DNA of 64,000 nucleotides, from positions 5,579,360 to 5,643,359 of the forward strand of contig NC_043019.1 of the NCBI RefSeq assembly GCF_006345805.1. The letters run 5' to 3'. The stretch's first letter is position 1. Each line of letters begins with the position of its first letter. The notes under the pieces were generated by a model, which saw only the letters and a list, made by a program, of their open reading frames with translations, had not been told where the DNA came from and made no database searches. Of this stretch, positions 62,219 to 64,000 are shown one piece after another. Source of the stretch: Octopus sinensis. Its lineage: Eukaryota. The position numbers and the translations under genes were made by a program.

Positions 62219-63518
62219 ACACACACACACGCACGCACACACACACACACACACACACACAACCAAGAATCTTTAATTCCTATTAGCTCTGGTCGGTCCT
62301 CAATTTAATGTGTGTCTCTACTGATAACGTCCCTACATATACAAGTACTTATACATACATTCATTCATGCACATGTATGTATATGTGTATGTGTACACGC
62401 AAACACACACACACATACATACACACACAGATTATATATATATATATATATATATACATATATAACCCCCCCATATATATATATATATATATAGATCGTT
62501 TGAGTACGTCAACGTTTCAAGATTAGCCAAATAAAATCAGCATATATATATATATATATATATAAACACACATACACATAATACACACACACATACACAT
62601 ACACACATATATATACAAACACATACACATAATACACACATACACACACACACATATATATATATATACACACATATAATTGTAATATATATATATTATA
62701 TATATATATAATAATATATATATATATCACACACATTCACATAATACACACCACACATATATACACCATATAATATAATATATATATATTATATATATAT
62801 ATATATATAAAATGAGCTCAGAGAAATAACCTAGAGTGGCCAGTAGTGTGTAGTTAAACCAGAGAGATGAATGAGGTTATATTGACTCACAAGATAAACT
62901 GTTGTTGTAATGAAATAATTTCCTCCTCTTCCAGAGAAGGGGAGGACAATCACTTAATGGCAGTTGGTACCAACACTAAATGCGAAGAAGAGATAAGATT
63001 TCTCCAAAATTGACCTGCCATTATGGAAAAGGCAGTCTAATTGTCCGAAAATGAGAGGAAAGTTTTTGCACGTGTTTCTGCCTCAACAGGCCTCATCAGC
63101 ACAGTGATTGTCCAACCTTGGCGTCAGCAGAGGACACAGACATACAAAATGAGAAGACATCTATGGCATGGGTAATTTGCATAAATGAGGTGAAAATGTC
63201 TTTTTCATAATGTGCTCTACTCTTGTACGTGTGTGGGTGTGTGCATAATATATATAAATATATATATATATATATAAGATATATATATATATATATCTAT
63301 ATATATATATATATAATATAATATATAGATAAATTATCACAAAAAACAAAAACAAAAACAAAAAAAACAACGCAAGGACGTGGAACAAATAAAGTATTAT
63401 TGGACGCTCAGGAAAGAAGTGATATATGTATATATCTATATATATATCTATATATATATTATATATGTATGTATGTAGTGTGTGTAAATATATATATATA
63501 CACGCATACATACACATA

Positions 63519-63648
63519 CATGTTGGGGCAAAATTCACGCACCAAAATTAAAACAACATATATTGCACATTTCTAAAATTGAATAATAATAATGTCAATG
63601 TAATGTTGAATGTCAAATGCTTTGGTGCGTGAGTTTAGGCCCACCCTG
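63519..63648. mobile_element. Tc1/mariner-type MITE
   Basis: TA-flanked imperfect TIRs ...GGGGCAAAATTCACGCACCA / TGGTGCGTGAGTTTAGGCCCACCCTG. Confidence 0.7.
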
Positions 63649-64000
63649 TATACCTTTACTTGTTTCACTCATTAGACTGTGGCCATACTGGGGCACTGCT
63701 TTGAAGAATTTTTAGAGGAAAGACAGATAGATTGTAAATGAATCAATGAATCTCTGCACTGAGATTAATCAGTATCCAGCTGTTTGATTAACTCAGGTGT
63801 TCTCTACCAGGGATAAGTGTACCCCTAGGTACACTTATGCAAAAGAAATTGTAGGGATGCAACTTGTGCTTTTACTAAGTGTGTGGAGAACTTTTTGCAG
63901 TTCCCATCTACTTCTAGGAGTTGATTCTATGCAAATACTGGGAAAAGAAGCAATGTAAAGTTGAACATGACACAGGTGTGGCTGTGTGGTAAGTAGCTTG

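Overview
Eukaryotic, AT-rich, microsatellite- and TE-dense genomic DNA. The SINE, RTE and simple-repeat landscape looks like a coleoid cephalopod, most likely Octopus (inference). One protein-coding gene occupies the minus strand from about 58.1 kb to 16.4 kb: an ANKFN1/wide-awake (wake/banderuola) orthologue. I assembled it by hand into 17 GT-AG exons with mutually consistent phases, about 1,010 aa in the window: ankyrin repeats, FN3, conserved central region, C-terminal Ras-association domain, and a T-T-V PDZ-type tail. The rest is mobile DNA: a 5'-truncated, lesioned RTE LINE with a PHD finger, an R4/Dong-like 3' end, four tRNA-derived SINE families, Tigger, DD37D mariner, piggyBac/hAT/pogo MITEs, Helitron-type elements, a tRNA-Arg(CCG) pseudogene and a 100-N gap. 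The main discovery is about 14 hammerhead-ribozyme (HHR) motifs from at least 6 sequence families. They lie in short elements embedded in (TA)n, often duplicated as divergent inverted repeats, with helix covariation between families. This looks like a dense population of non-autonomous Penelope-like pseudo-LTR/ribozyme elements inside the introns of a neural gene. The same fold-back geometry also captured a tRNA and a LINE 3' end. All RNA folds were done by eye; activity is untested.
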